The notes beneath the pieces were generated by a model, which worked only from the letters and a program-made list of their open reading frames with translations, ran no database searches and had not been told where the DNA came from. A stretch of DNA of 64,000 nucleotides from Desulfatiglandales bacterium (GTDB taxonomy: Bacteria > Desulfobacterota > DSM-4660 > Desulfatiglandales > B25-G16): NCBI GenBank assembly GCA_035529575.1, contig DATKWM010000009.1, positions 150 through 64,149 of the forward strand, read 5' to 3'. Positions 49,283 to 58,689 of this stretch are shown one piece after another (positions within the stretch are counted from its first letter, which is position 1; every line of letters begins with the position of its first letter). The translations under genes were made by a program, and so were the position numbers.

Positions 49283-49942
49283 GTGGGTAAAAGAATTTTG
49301 GCAGATAAAACTCTCAATGAAAGGTTGCAAAAGAAACATCCAAATTTCTCGGCCGAGCTTATTGACTTCGATTTTGGCCCCAATAAAATCCAAATACAAG
49401 CAACGATTTTCAAAGAACTCCTTGAGATAGATGAAGAAAAGGCGATAAAATACTTTGAGGAGTTATGCAGATCTTTCAGTGAAGTCTGTTGCGAGTATCA
49501 TATCAAATTTGATCCTATTGATCTTTTCATACTCGTGGATGAAGAATTACAAAGAGGGACAAGCACTAAATTTCGAGATGCATATGATAAAAGTCTTTTT
49601 GCCGAAGTCCTAATTCCTGCCAGGGATTTTAAAATGTATGAGTATTGGAAGTATAGCTTTTTGCACGAATTAGGTCATTCATGGTTTTCTATTGAGTTCT
49701 CTCCCGAGGACATGGAATGTGGTCATGAAGATCTCTTTATAGATTTAGTGGTCATCTGTACCTTTAGAAAAATCCTCCCCCCACGTAAGCGAGTGTACCA
49801 GGAAGTAAAAAAACATAGACCATATTTTTTAACCCAACAAAGCAAAAGATTTATAGGAAAAGAGCTGTATAAGCAGATATTACGTGACCCAGAGGCATAT
49901 TTAAGGGATTTGCAGCAAAAAATAGACTCAGCAAAAACGTAG
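49283..49942 (+). CDS. hypothetical protein with an HExxH motif (FLHELGHSW), possible minimal metallopeptidase
   Basis: AGGAGG lies 6 nt upstream of the GTG start. 219 aa. No other motif recognised. Confidence 0.55.
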   Translation: MGKRILADKTLNERLQKKHPNFSAELIDFDFGPNKIQIQATIFKELLEIDEEKAIKYFEELCRSFSEVCCEYHIKFDPIDLFILVDEELQRGTSTKFRDAYDKSLFAEVLIPARDFKMYEYWKYSFLHELGHSWFSIEFSPEDMECGHEDLFIDLVVICTFRKILPPRKRVYQEVKKHRPYFLTQQSKRFIGKELYKQILRDPEAYLRDLQQKIDSAKT

Positions 49943-50006
49943 GAGAGACATAAAGAAAGAAAGTTTACAATGAAAGAAAGATTTTTAGACGTTATGAAAT
50001 GCGCGC

Positions 50007-51662
50007 TTACATCCTAATCGGTTTTTTTTCCTTGCTTATCCTTCTTCGCTCCTCATCTCTTACCTCTCGTCTCAGGAGTTTTCCGACCTTGGACTTTGGA
50101 AGCATATCTCTGAATTCTATATATTGTGGAATCTTATAAGGGGCCAGTCTTTCTTTGCACCATTTCGTCAACTCAGAGCCACTCACGCCCCTCACATCCT
50201 CCTTGAGCACTACAATTGCCTTGATGCGTTCGCCTACCTTAGGATCGGGAACGCCTACCACACATGCCCCTATGAGGGCTGAGTGATCTTGCAATGCAGC
50301 TTCGATTTCAGAGCATGATACCCTATAACCCTTATACTTGATAATATCTGCACTTCTGTCCACATAGTATAGTTGACCGTCCTCGTCCATCTGGACATAA
50401 TCGTTCATTCTGTACCAGGTTTTACCATCGATCTCCACATATGAAGCAGCAGTCTCCTCTGGTTTTTTCCAATAGCTTTTAGAGATATATTCAGAAGTAA
50501 CCAATAACTCTCCAATTGTTCCGGGAGTAACTGTTTTTAAGGTATCAGGGTCTACGATTTTGGTTTCCCTGGAAGATAATGGTTGTCCAATGCTCCCTGG
50601 AACAGGCTCTCTATCCAGAGGACTCATCGCAGTAAAGCCGACTTCTGTTGCACCGTATACCTGATATATTGGCACATTGAACTTTTTTTTCCACCGGTTA
50701 TAGACCTCCAGAGGGAGGACATCCCCACCACTCCAGCAATATCGCAGCGAGCTTAAGTCAAATAAGTCTACCCTATCGTTTTCCAAAATCATCCGGAAAA
50801 GGGTAGGTGCGCCGAGAAAGAGAGTTCCTTTATATTTCTGTATGGCTTTCAAAATAGCATCTACTTGAGGTATGGGCATTAATACGGCGGTATTTCCTTT
50901 GGTTAAAACCATCCCCAAAATGACACCCTGAGCCATCTGGTGAAAAAGAGGATTAACCATAATAAACACCTCTTGCCCATCGGCAATATGGCCATCCCCT
51001 ACTGCTCTAATTTCATTAACAAAGGATACCATGCCTGTATGGCTGGCTATGCAGCCCTTGGGAAATCCGGTAGTCCCTCCAGTATAGAGTATGTAGCTGA
51101 GGTGATCGTTTGGATTAATATTCAGCTTAGGTGGGTCAGGCGGATATTTTTGGATTAAATTCTTAAAGGAATATATATTATTGCCTTTTTCAATAATTCC
51201 GTCTGGTACTTTGTCGAACAAGGCACCAATCACCCGCTTATATAATGGAAGTAAATCCACATAGTTTGTTACAATAGCCCTTTTCAGACAGGTCTCAGGA
51301 AAAACATCTTTGATATATCTGAAATTTGTGTCCTGGCATAGGACAGTTTCAGCCTCAGAATCGTTGATGAGGTATTTCATCTCATAGGGCGTATAAATAG
51401 GAGAGACTGGAACCGGAATAGCTCCAATTTGCTGGGCTCCAAAGTAACTAATAAGGAACTGAGGGCAATTCGGAATATAAAGCATAACCTTATCGTTATC
51501 CCTCACACCTAAATCGTGCAGTGCAGTAGCAAATCTATCAATTAAATCTTTTATTCTCAGGTAAGAGAACTTCTCGCCAAGATATATTATTGCTGTTTTA
51601 TCAGGATATTTCTCACACGCTCTTTCAAATGCATTAATAACTAATTCGTCGTATACTCCCAC
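50007..51662 (-). CDS. AMP-dependent acyl-CoA synthetase / ligase (ANL superfamily)
   Basis: YTGGTTGFPKGC AMP-binding motif. GATE, DRSADIIKYKG and VGKLLRR C-terminal motifs. GTG start with a GGAG RBS. Confidence 0.85.
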   Translation of the reverse strand: MGVYDELVINAFERACEKYPDKTAIIYLGEKFSYLRIKDLIDRFATALHDLGVRDNDKVMLYIPNCPQFLISYFGAQQIGAIPVPVSPIYTPYEMKYLINDSEAETVLCQDTNFRYIKDVFPETCLKRAIVTNYVDLLPLYKRVIGALFDKVPDGIIEKGNNIYSFKNLIQKYPPDPPKLNINPNDHLSYILYTGGTTGFPKGCIASHTGMVSFVNEIRAVGDGHIADGQEVFIMVNPLFHQMAQGVILGMVLTKGNTAVLMPIPQVDAILKAIQKYKGTLFLGAPTLFRMILENDRVDLFDLSSLRYCWSGGDVLPLEVYNRWKKKFNVPIYQVYGATEVGFTAMSPLDREPVPGSIGQPLSSRETKIVDPDTLKTVTPGTIGELLVTSEYISKSYWKKPEETAASYVEIDGKTWYRMNDYVQMDEDGQLYYVDRSADIIKYKGYRVSCSEIEAALQDHSALIGACVVGVPDPKVGERIKAIVVLKEDVRGVSGSELTKWCKERLAPYKIPQYIEFRDMLPKSKVGKLLRREVRDEERRRISKEKKPIRM

Positions 51663-51797
51663 AGTTAACTCCCTATCACCTTTTCTTTCACAGGAAATCT
51701 GTGCATAAATGTTGAGCTTTGATGTAAGAAACGGTGTTTGAAGCAGTTATATAACATTGTATCTCTTTTCCATGTTTGATAAGAGATGCTCAGTCAA

Positions 51798-52376
51798 TCA
51801 TTCAAATTTTACCTTGGGTGTGGCCTTTGCTGCTGCGGGAACTTCAAAGAAGGTGGCCTTGCTAAACCCATACATCCCAGCGAGAATATTTGCTGGAAAG
51901 CTTCTTATTTTCACATTGTAGGCCTTTACTGACTCATTATAGCGTCTTCTTTCAACAGATATTCTGTTCTCCGTGCCTGCCAGTTCATCCTGAAGCCTCA
52001 TAAAGTTTTGATTTGATTTGAGATCAGGATATCTTTCCACCACAAAAAGTAATCTGCTCAAGGCCCCTGAGAGCTCATTGTTTGCCTTGATCTTGTCTGG
52101 TATATTCCCTGCGCTGCCAACCTGTGATCGTGCCTTAGTCACATCAATAAAAACATCTCTTTCCTGCTTGGCATACCCTTTTACCGTTTCCACAAGATTT
52201 GGGATGAGATCATATCGCCTCTGTAGTTGATTTTCTACCTGTGCCCATGATGCCTTGACCGTCTCATCAAGCGTCACAAAGGTGTTGTACGTGCCCTTAA
52301 AAAAAGAATACAGAGAGAAGAGAATAATAACAATTATCGCAAGTGCGATAACGAGATTTCTTGTTCCTTTGGTCAT
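51798..52376 (-). CDS. lemA: LemA family membrane protein
   Basis: N-terminal TM segment. SWAQVENQLQRRYDLIPNLVETVKGYAKQE is the LemA signature. Confidence 0.85.
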   Translation of the reverse strand: MTKGTRNLVIALAIIVIILFSLYSFFKGTYNTFVTLDETVKASWAQVENQLQRRYDLIPNLVETVKGYAKQERDVFIDVTKARSQVGSAGNIPDKIKANNELSGALSRLLFVVERYPDLKSNQNFMRLQDELAGTENRISVERRRYNESVKAYNVKIRSFPANILAGMYGFSKATFFEVPAAAKATPKVKFE

Positions 52377-52391
52377 CAGTACCCTCCTTGC

Positions 52392-53120
52392 TTAAATTTC
52401 CATTGTATCAACAACTTCCCATAATTTTCTTACCTCTACCATATAGGCTGTAAAGAGGTCCTTTATTTCAGATGATGAAAACTCCGCCTCGCCTTGCTTT
52501 ATATCCAGGCATTTCATAAAAATCTCCTGGTTGATAGGTATTTCTTTTGCAACAGATTGTATAATCTCCCTCCTGGTTGGGGGTATCTCAATGCCTTTAA
52601 GGTGTAAAAGTCCATTAAAGATAGATATAAAGGCGGTGATTGACGCCTTGATTAGCTCGGCTATCCTCTTTTGTTTTCCCCCTGTCTCCAGAAAGCCTGC
52701 CCTCAAAAGCAGGAGTTTACCTTTGATTTCCCGTTCACACTGAAGCCTGAGGTGATGAGATTGCAGGGATATGTCTTTGAGTACATCTTCACCATACACA
52801 AGAATATAATTTTTCTTTATGTTGAGGAATTCGAGGGGATATGAATCCAGGGAAGACTGGATATACGATTGTGTCATGAACAAGGGTGTGGCCACATTCC
52901 TTTTCCTCCATCGGGATACTGTTTCAATAGCCCAATCCAGGTGATCTATGGCTTCTTCTGAAAGGATTATAAGGAAATTCAAATCCGAGGTGTGAGGATT
53001 GAAGTCACTTCCTGCACCACTCCCATAAAGAATGACGGAAATGAGGGCATCTTTAAAGATTTTCCTAAAATCCTCTTCTATTTCAGCAAATATCTCTTCT
53101 GGCTTTTTTATCTTGGTCAT
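52392..53120 (-). CDS. nucleotidyltransferase-fold protein with helical C-terminal domain (KNTase-like architecture)
   Basis: LYGSGAGSDFNPHTSDLNFLII fits hG[GS]-x11-D-h-x with Asn in place of the second carboxylate. 242 aa. Confidence 0.6.
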   Translation of the reverse strand: MTKIKKPEEIFAEIEEDFRKIFKDALISVILYGSGAGSDFNPHTSDLNFLIILSEEAIDHLDWAIETVSRWRKRNVATPLFMTQSYIQSSLDSYPLEFLNIKKNYILVYGEDVLKDISLQSHHLRLQCEREIKGKLLLLRAGFLETGGKQKRIAELIKASITAFISIFNGLLHLKGIEIPPTRREIIQSVAKEIPINQEIFMKCLDIKQGEAEFSSSEIKDLFTAYMVEVRKLWEVVDTMEI

Positions 53121-53134
53121 TGTTGTACCTCTCT

Positions 53135-53926
53135 TTAAAATCCACGGCCTGCACCTCCCCCACCGCTCAAGCCACCTCCAAAACCTCCAAATCCACCCCC
53201 AAAACCTCCAAAGCCACCGCCGCCTCTGCCTCCAGCTAAAAGCATAAGCAGGATGAAGGGAAGGATTGTCCTTCCCCGCCTTGTACCAAGGAGCATTGTC
53301 AAAACGATGAAAAACAGGATAAGAGAAAATAGCTTGATGCGTGGTTTTTCTTTTATCTTTTTTTTCGTTTGATAGTGTGTTGTGCTGCTTCCAGTGAGAG
53401 AAATCTCTGCATCTTTTGCGATCACTGATGATACAGCTGCGAGGGCGTTTGACAGGCCCTTGCCGTAGTTACCTTTTTTAAGATACGGTACTACATACGT
53501 ATCGAGTATCTCACCAACGAGTCCGTCAGGTAAGATTCCTTCAACACCATAGCCAGTTTCAATCCGTACCTTCCTTTCGGTAAGGGCAAACAAAATAAGC
53601 ACTCCCTTATCTTGGCCTTTTTTCCCAATACCCCAGGCCTCATACAGCCTGTTTGCATAATCGGCAGGGTCATTGCCCTCGATACTTTTCAGGGTGACAA
53701 CAACGACGGCGGTCCCGGTCTTCTGTAATACTTCACGGGCAAGCAGATCCATAGGACGTTCATATTGCGGTGTAATCACCTCGGCATAATCATTGATAGC
53801 CCCCTTCGGTTCAGGAAACTTCTGGGCCCCTGCTGAAGTGAGCAGGAAACAATGGAGCAATAGTATAATAATGAAAAGCGAAAGAGAGGCTTTTAATTTC
53901 ACGTCATATTTTCTTTGTTGAGTCAT
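53135..53926 (-). CDS. TPM-domain (YgcG-like) protein with TM segment and Gly-rich tail
   Basis: Signal peptide. INDYAEVI...VVVVTLKSIEG...YANRLYEAWGIGKKGQDKGVLILFAL..RKVRIETGYG. C-terminal GGFGGFGGG repeats. Confidence 0.8.
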   Translation of the reverse strand: MTQQRKYDVKLKASLSLFIIILLLHCFLLTSAGAQKFPEPKGAINDYAEVITPQYERPMDLLAREVLQKTGTAVVVVTLKSIEGNDPADYANRLYEAWGIGKKGQDKGVLILFALTERKVRIETGYGVEGILPDGLVGEILDTYVVPYLKKGNYGKGLSNALAAVSSVIAKDAEISLTGSSTTHYQTKKKIKEKPRIKLFSLILFFIVLTMLLGTRRGRTILPFILLMLLAGGRGGGGFGGFGGGFGGFGGGLSGGGGAGRGF

Positions 53927-54099
53927 AGTGTATTTTTTTCATACCATATAACGCCAAAAAATGGCAAACTTTTATGTGAAGCTAGGTGGTACTACATGCT
54001 ATTGATATCCCAAAAAAAAATTTAAAAAAAAGAACAAAAAAAATTGGTTATACAAATATCCCGTAGGAGAAAAAAACCGCAGGTGGGAATCGTTGTTGA

Positions 54100-54456
54100 T
54101 TAGAGTTTTGGGGGTTCAAGAATAGATAATCCAACCAAATAAAGTCCTTTAAATCTTCCTTCTTCATCTTTCGTGATATGCCTGATCTTTGTTTTTAAGT
54201 ATTCAATGGGTTTTAAGGCATTATTCGTGTAGTATTTCAGTTCCGATACGGAGCCAACCTTTAAATAATTCAACAAATTAGAGTTTTCCTTTACCAATAC
54301 ACATATTCCTTTTGATGATATATCCCAAATTTTGAATTGATACGTAAACGCGCAGTCATGTAGTGAAAATTCTACACTATGATATTGATCTATGATGCTT
54401 CGGGGTTCTGATCTTTTTTCGGTAAAATCGTCTTTCATACACCAACCTTTTACCAT
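54100..54456 (-). CDS. PilZ-like domain protein
   Basis: EKRSEPR...DISSKGICV resembles the PilZ RxxxR...DxSxxG motifs. 118 aa. Confidence 0.5.
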   Translation of the reverse strand: MVKGWCMKDDFTEKRSEPRSIIDQYHSVEFSLHDCAFTYQFKIWDISSKGICVLVKENSNLLNYLKVGSVSELKYYTNNALKPIEYLKTKIRHITKDEEGRFKGLYLVGLSILEPPKL

Positions 54457-54590
54457 GCACTATTTGGGAGAAACAGCCTTTGAGATCATACCTTCATGGC
54501 TTTCATTGAAAAGCCTCGCGTACAGTGGATTCATGCATGTAAATCGAGCACGAGTTTTTTTAAAAAATTATAAGAGTTGAATATACATCA

Positions 54591-54971
54591 TTAGCCAATG
54601 TAACTGCTGCTTGCAGAGTCTGATTCCCAGGCTGTAACCTTACTGATCTTGATATTTGTATCATTAAGCTCGTTGCTTAACTTCCTGAAAATATAGGCAG
54701 CAATGTTTTCCGACGAGGGATTCTTATCTTTAAATTGAGAAAGCTCATTTAAGAATGAATGATCAAGTTCTTCCAGGATTCTGTGTGTAGCATCTTTCAC
54801 CTCTTTAAAATCTATCAATAGCCCAGTATCATTGAGTTTTTCTCCCTCAACAAAAACTTCTATCCGCCAATTATGCCCATGAAGCTTCTCGCATTTACCC
54901 CTATAGTTTCTCAACTGATGCGCAGCTGCAAATTGTGTAATTATCTGTAACTCATACATATAATAAGCCAA
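54591..54971 (-). CDS. queD: 6-carboxy-5,6,7,8-tetrahydropterin synthase
   Basis: FAAAHQLRNYRGKCEKLHGHNWRIEV is the QueD/PTPS signature. Confidence 0.85.
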   Translation of the reverse strand: MAYYMYELQIITQFAAAHQLRNYRGKCEKLHGHNWRIEVFVEGEKLNDTGLLIDFKEVKDATHRILEELDHSFLNELSQFKDKNPSSENIAAYIFRKLSNELNDTNIKISKVTAWESDSASSSYIG

Positions 54972-54989
54972 TTCACGGTTAAAAAACGT

Positions 54990-55259
54990 CTACTTTTTTT
55001 TGCCCTTATAGTGTCTTCCGCACATATTGCATTTTCCATTTATTATTATTCCAATGCAATTTCCATCTGAACAGGGGATTCTATCCTCAAAATCAATACT
55101 ATCTGCGTCTCCAGCACTTGTTGTTGTATCCTCTCCTGGGGAAGTACTACGCAGGTCTGCTCCGCAATAAAGGCAGTAGCTGCTCTCTTCAGGAATTGAT
55201 TCCTGACATTCAGGGCACGTAATACCTGGAATCTCCTTATCACAATGTGGGCATTTCAT
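54990..55259 (-). CDS. double zinc-ribbon protein
   Basis: CPHC..CPEC..CLYCG and CSDGNC..CNMCG cysteine pairs. AAGGAG RBS. Confidence 0.6.
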   Translation of the reverse strand: MKCPHCDKEIPGITCPECQESIPEESSYCLYCGADLRSTSPGEDTTTSAGDADSIDFEDRIPCSDGNCIGIIINGKCNMCGRHYKGKKK

Positions 55260-55295
55260 ATATACTCCTTGTAAGAGGTTTAGTATTTTTCTCCT

Positions 55296-55324
55296 TCTTT
55301 AATGTATCTTCCTGCTATTGTCAA
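55296..55324 (-). promoter_or_regulatory. candidate promoter of the zinc-ribbon/queD unit
   Basis: On the minus strand: TTGACA (55324-55319), 17-nt spacer, TAAAGA (55301-55296). The -35 element lies inside the left arm of a 10-bp inverted repeat. Confidence 0.3.
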
Positions 55325-55367
55325 TCATTGATGACTCATACCAGAAGGATCAACCAGTATTATTTGA

Positions 55368-55396
55368 TTGACAAAAAAGGATTTTTATCAATAATA
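55368..55396 (+). promoter_or_regulatory. candidate sigma70-type promoter of tRNA-Met
   Basis: TTGACA (55368-55373), 17-nt spacer, ATAATA (55391-55396). The mature tRNA 5' end is 10 nt downstream. Confidence 0.5.
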
Positions 55397-55405
55397 AACA
55401 ACCAT

Positions 55406-55482
55406 GGCGGTGTAGCTCAGGTGGTTAGAGCATACGGCTCATATCCGTAGTGTCCGGGGTTCGAGTCCCTGCACCGCCACCA
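55406..55482 (+). tRNA. tRNA-Met (anticodon CAT), elongator type; a lysidine-modified tRNA-Ile2 cannot be excluded
   Basis: Manual cloverleaf: acceptor GGCGGTG/CACCGCC, D-arm GCTC/GAGC, anticodon arm TACGG-CTCATAT-CCGTA, T-arm CGGGG-TTCGAGT-CCCTG, encoded CCA. G1-C72 and the lack of a GGG/CCC anticodon stem argue against an initiator. Confidence 0.93.
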
Positions 55483-55539
55483 TATTGATTCTATAAACAG
55501 TATTGACATATTCATTTTTCGATTTATTTTATAGGTATT

Positions 55540-56118
55540 ATGACCCTGCAATATTTTAATAAAAATCAGTTGAGTGTTGTTGGGGACGCCTTAGATATTG
55601 CTGAAGATATGACGAGCAACTATTTTAAATTATCGCTATTACACTGGAAAAGGAATCGCTTTGATATAAGAACTCTTTCTTCTTTATTCGGCGAAGAAAT
55701 TAAAGATAATGTCTTTGCCCTATTGAAGAAACATAGCTCAGACGGCAAAGCAGAAATAGAACCGCTCAATAAACGACGTGAATTTTACCTTATTTATTTG
55801 CAGGATCACCACATTTTACAAGCCCTTCAAAGGGACAGTAACATTAAACTTCTCCCCCTTTTGGCGTATATACTCACCCATGAGTTGGTGCATATTGTAC
55901 GGTTCTGTAAATTTCATGTGAGATTCGATACTCAGGAGGAGAATAGCAGGGTAGAAGAGGAAAAAATCGTAAATAACACAACGTTTGAAATCCTAAAACA
56001 ATTATCGTTACCAAGCCTCTCATATATTCTGGGTTCTTATAACCCTGATAAAATGAATATTGATAGCTGTATGGTGTATGAGTATGACACATGGAGAATA
56101 AATAATGCCCATCTATGA
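55540..56118 (+). CDS. hypothetical protein with an HExxH motif (ILTHELVHIV)
   Basis: 192 aa. Overlaps the downstream zinc-ribbon gene by 14 nt, which suggests translational coupling. Confidence 0.5.
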   Translation: MTLQYFNKNQLSVVGDALDIAEDMTSNYFKLSLLHWKRNRFDIRTLSSLFGEEIKDNVFALLKKHSSDGKAEIEPLNKRREFYLIYLQDHHILQALQRDSNIKLLPLLAYILTHELVHIVRFCKFHVRFDTQEENSRVEEEKIVNNTTFEILKQLSLPSLSYILGSYNPDKMNIDSCMVYEYDTWRINNAHL

Positions 56119-56398
56119 ATATAAATGTAGTAAATGTGGCCACATAACTGAGCTGTGGCAAAAATTCTTTGATTCACCTTTAGGGGAATGTGAGATATGC
56201 GGTGAATCGGTGAAAAAGATTATTTCACAAAATACCTTTCACCTCAAAGGGTCAGGTTGGTATGTAACTGATTACGCATCAGGGGCATCTAAAAATAAAC
56301 AAGCAAAAAAAGAAGATAAAGAAAAGAAACCGAACAAAGATGACACCAAAAATGCGTCAAAAGAGGTATCCAAAAAAGCACCTCCTACAGACACATGA
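56105..56398 (+). CDS. FmdB-family (CxxC_CxxC_SSSS) zinc-ribbon protein
   Basis: MPIYEYKCSKCGH...CEICGE N-terminal signature with a K-rich tail. Confidence 0.75.
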   Translation: MPIYEYKCSKCGHITELWQKFFDSPLGECEICGESVKKIISQNTFHLKGSGWYVTDYASGASKNKQAKKEDKEKKPNKDDTKNASKEVSKKAPPTDT

Positions 56399-56468
56399 GC
56401 CCTGGAGTAACCAAAATACCATACCATAACCTTTTTTAAGAAAGGCATTACGCAGTAATAAAAAAAAG

Positions 56469-57002
56469 ATGAAATATAGATATAGTGGAAGGATACAGGA
56501 CAGATTAATAAATCGATTAGAAAAAAAGGAAAAAAGGGAATCCTTTCGGAGAGATCGATTTTTTAAATTTAAGCTGTCAGAAATTCACAGCAAGCTTTCC
56601 CAGGCTCTACTCCTCAACAAGATAATTGAGACAGAAAATTCTCAAGCGATTTCTGATCTCATCATGCAGGGCCTTAACAAGGCATATAAAAGTAGTGAGT
56701 TTGACTTTAAATATTTCACTGCACCTATACGAACCCTTGTCCCTCGTCCAAATCCATATGTCCTGTATTTAACGCAATATATTCTGGAAGTAATAATCAA
56801 TGATCCCAATGTAATAGACGTGTATGGAACTGACCTTGAAATTTATACGTTAATAGACGGTATTATCAATCAGGTGAATGAAAAATTTGAAAGGACTGAA
56901 GAAGAAATAGTGAAACAGCTCTCCCGTAATAAATCCCTTATTAGAGGATCGCGGGACTACGAAATTGCCCTTGAGCAGCTTTTCTACAAGAAAGTGGGGT
57001 AA
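56469..57002 (+). CDS. hypothetical protein (possibly DUF507-like; recalled from memory, unverified)
   Basis: 177 aa, basic N-terminus, SLIRGSRDYEIALEQLF near the C-terminus. Confidence 0.5.
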   Translation: MKYRYSGRIQDRLINRLEKKEKRESFRRDRFFKFKLSEIHSKLSQALLLNKIIETENSQAISDLIMQGLNKAYKSSEFDFKYFTAPIRTLVPRPNPYVLYLTQYILEVIINDPNVIDVYGTDLEIYTLIDGIINQVNEKFERTEEEIVKQLSRNKSLIRGSRDYEIALEQLFYKKVG

Positions 57003-57049
57003 GCGAGATTCCTCACAAGTAGTCAGGCTGTAAAAAAACCCTTGTTGAT

Positions 57050-58144
57050 TTATTCATCCAAAGGTTGTGTATCCTCAGAGGGCTCTTCCTTTTTTCTCCC
57101 AGGATATTTTATCTCATACATCGTTTCTTCTAATGTGTCTATATCCTCTATTCGACACACTTTTACATCAGGATACTCATCATTTATTATCTTTTGTGTT
57201 ATCTTGCCCGGGCCAAAGATAATGATTCGTGTTATCTTATATTCTTCAACGATTTTTTTAATGGTCTGAGCCCATAAAACCGGATGATCCAGCTGATATA
57301 TAAGCTCTTCTTTGATCTCATCTGGATGAGTGATGATCTTTGGATCAATGTTATCATCTGTCAAGGTATTTGCAATAATAGGTATTACAGCCCTTTTAAA
57401 AGAAAACTCTTTTTCTTCGATATACTTTTTAAAATTCTCACTAGCAGCAACCATAAGCGGTGTATGCCATGGACCCAAGACCGGCAAATCTATCGCTCTG
57501 AACTCTGATTCCTTGAGCAACTGTTTTGCTGCACCGATGTTTTTAGTTCTACCCCCAAAGACATTCTGTTTGGGTGAGTTATAAAGGGCTATGTGCAGGA
57601 TTTCTCTTCCTGCGTAGTATGTAATATTTCGAACATCCTCCTGAGTAATGTCCCTATCCTTATTTATGATGGCTACCAGTCCACCATCAATATCTTTGGC
57701 ACACGAGGTCATAATACGTTCGCGTTCATTAACCAGGTGCAGGCCAGTATCGTAATTCATACCCCCTGCTGCGGTAAGCGCAGCATATTCACCAAAACTA
57801 TGTCCAGCCATGACTGCCGGCTTGAGGCTTAGTTTCTCTTCCACCAATCTTTCTCGAAAGGTTGAAAAGGCTGCCCACGAGGAAATGTAGGTCGCAATCT
57901 GAACCTGTTTATCTAAATGGGTTTTAAGCCCTCTTTTAATACCAAGCTCATCGATATGACTGACTCTATCACGAAATTTGTCAGGTATTTTGCCGAATAT
58001 TATCTTTTCAAACTCCCTATTCAGTAACCTGTTTGCCCTGTAAAAGACAAAGGCAGCAATCTCGAAATTATCATAGAACTCATGTCCCATTCCTAAATAT
58101 TGAGATCCCTGACCAGGAAAGATATACGCTGTTTCAGGTTGCAT
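57050..58144 (-). CDS. acyltransferase-domain protein, malonyl-CoA:ACP transacylase (FabD)-like with C-terminal extension
   Basis: FPGQGSQYLGMG and GHSFGEYAALTAAG active-site Ser motif. About 50 aa longer than a typical FabD. Confidence 0.75.
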   Translation of the reverse strand: MQPETAYIFPGQGSQYLGMGHEFYDNFEIAAFVFYRANRLLNREFEKIIFGKIPDKFRDRVSHIDELGIKRGLKTHLDKQVQIATYISSWAAFSTFRERLVEEKLSLKPAVMAGHSFGEYAALTAAGGMNYDTGLHLVNERERIMTSCAKDIDGGLVAIINKDRDITQEDVRNITYYAGREILHIALYNSPKQNVFGGRTKNIGAAKQLLKESEFRAIDLPVLGPWHTPLMVAASENFKKYIEEKEFSFKRAVIPIIANTLTDDNIDPKIITHPDEIKEELIYQLDHPVLWAQTIKKIVEEYKITRIIIFGPGKITQKIINDEYPDVKVCRIEDIDTLEETMYEIKYPGRKKEEPSEDTQPLDE

Positions 58145-58146
58145 AA

Positions 58147-58689
58147 TTAATTCTCCCTACACTCTTTTTTTTCACCCTGCTCAAGGTCGAGTAAATATCG
58201 TTTCATATCAATTCCTGAATTAAAACCACCTAAGCCATTCACCGCAACTACCCTATGGCACGGGATAAGAATGACAAGGGGGTTTTTCTTTAATGCCTGT
58301 CCAACAGCCCGTGCCCCCTTTGGGGTACCTGCCATGAATGCAACATCTTTATATGTTTTTGTTTCACCATAGGGTATTGTGCATGCACTCCTGTAAACAT
58401 TATACCTAAAGGGGGTCACATTGATGTCCCACGGTACATTAATTGCTGGATTATTTCCTTTAAGATAGGCCTCAATAATTCCTATGAGGCCTTCATTATG
58501 TGTACGATCTTCAATTAATTCAGCGTTCGGCGCAGAGGAGATGAGCTCAGCCATAAAACTATTCCCCCTGGCAAAATCTAATTTTACCATGACTGCGCCT
58601 CTCTGTGAAGAAGCAACATGTACTGAAAATCCCCTACGTTGAAACTCCCAGTAATAAACAGCTTTAACATTTTGGTGTAACAATTTCAT
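58147..58689 (-). CDS. ogt: methylated-DNA-protein-cysteine methyltransferase
   Basis: IPCHRVV active-site motif. YGETKTYKDVA. Confidence 0.85.
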   Translation of the reverse strand: MKLLHQNVKAVYYWEFQRRGFSVHVASSQRGAVMVKLDFARGNSFMAELISSAPNAELIEDRTHNEGLIGIIEAYLKGNNPAINVPWDINVTPFRYNVYRSACTIPYGETKTYKDVAFMAGTPKGARAVGQALKKNPLVILIPCHRVVAVNGLGGFNSGIDMKRYLLDLEQGEKKECREN

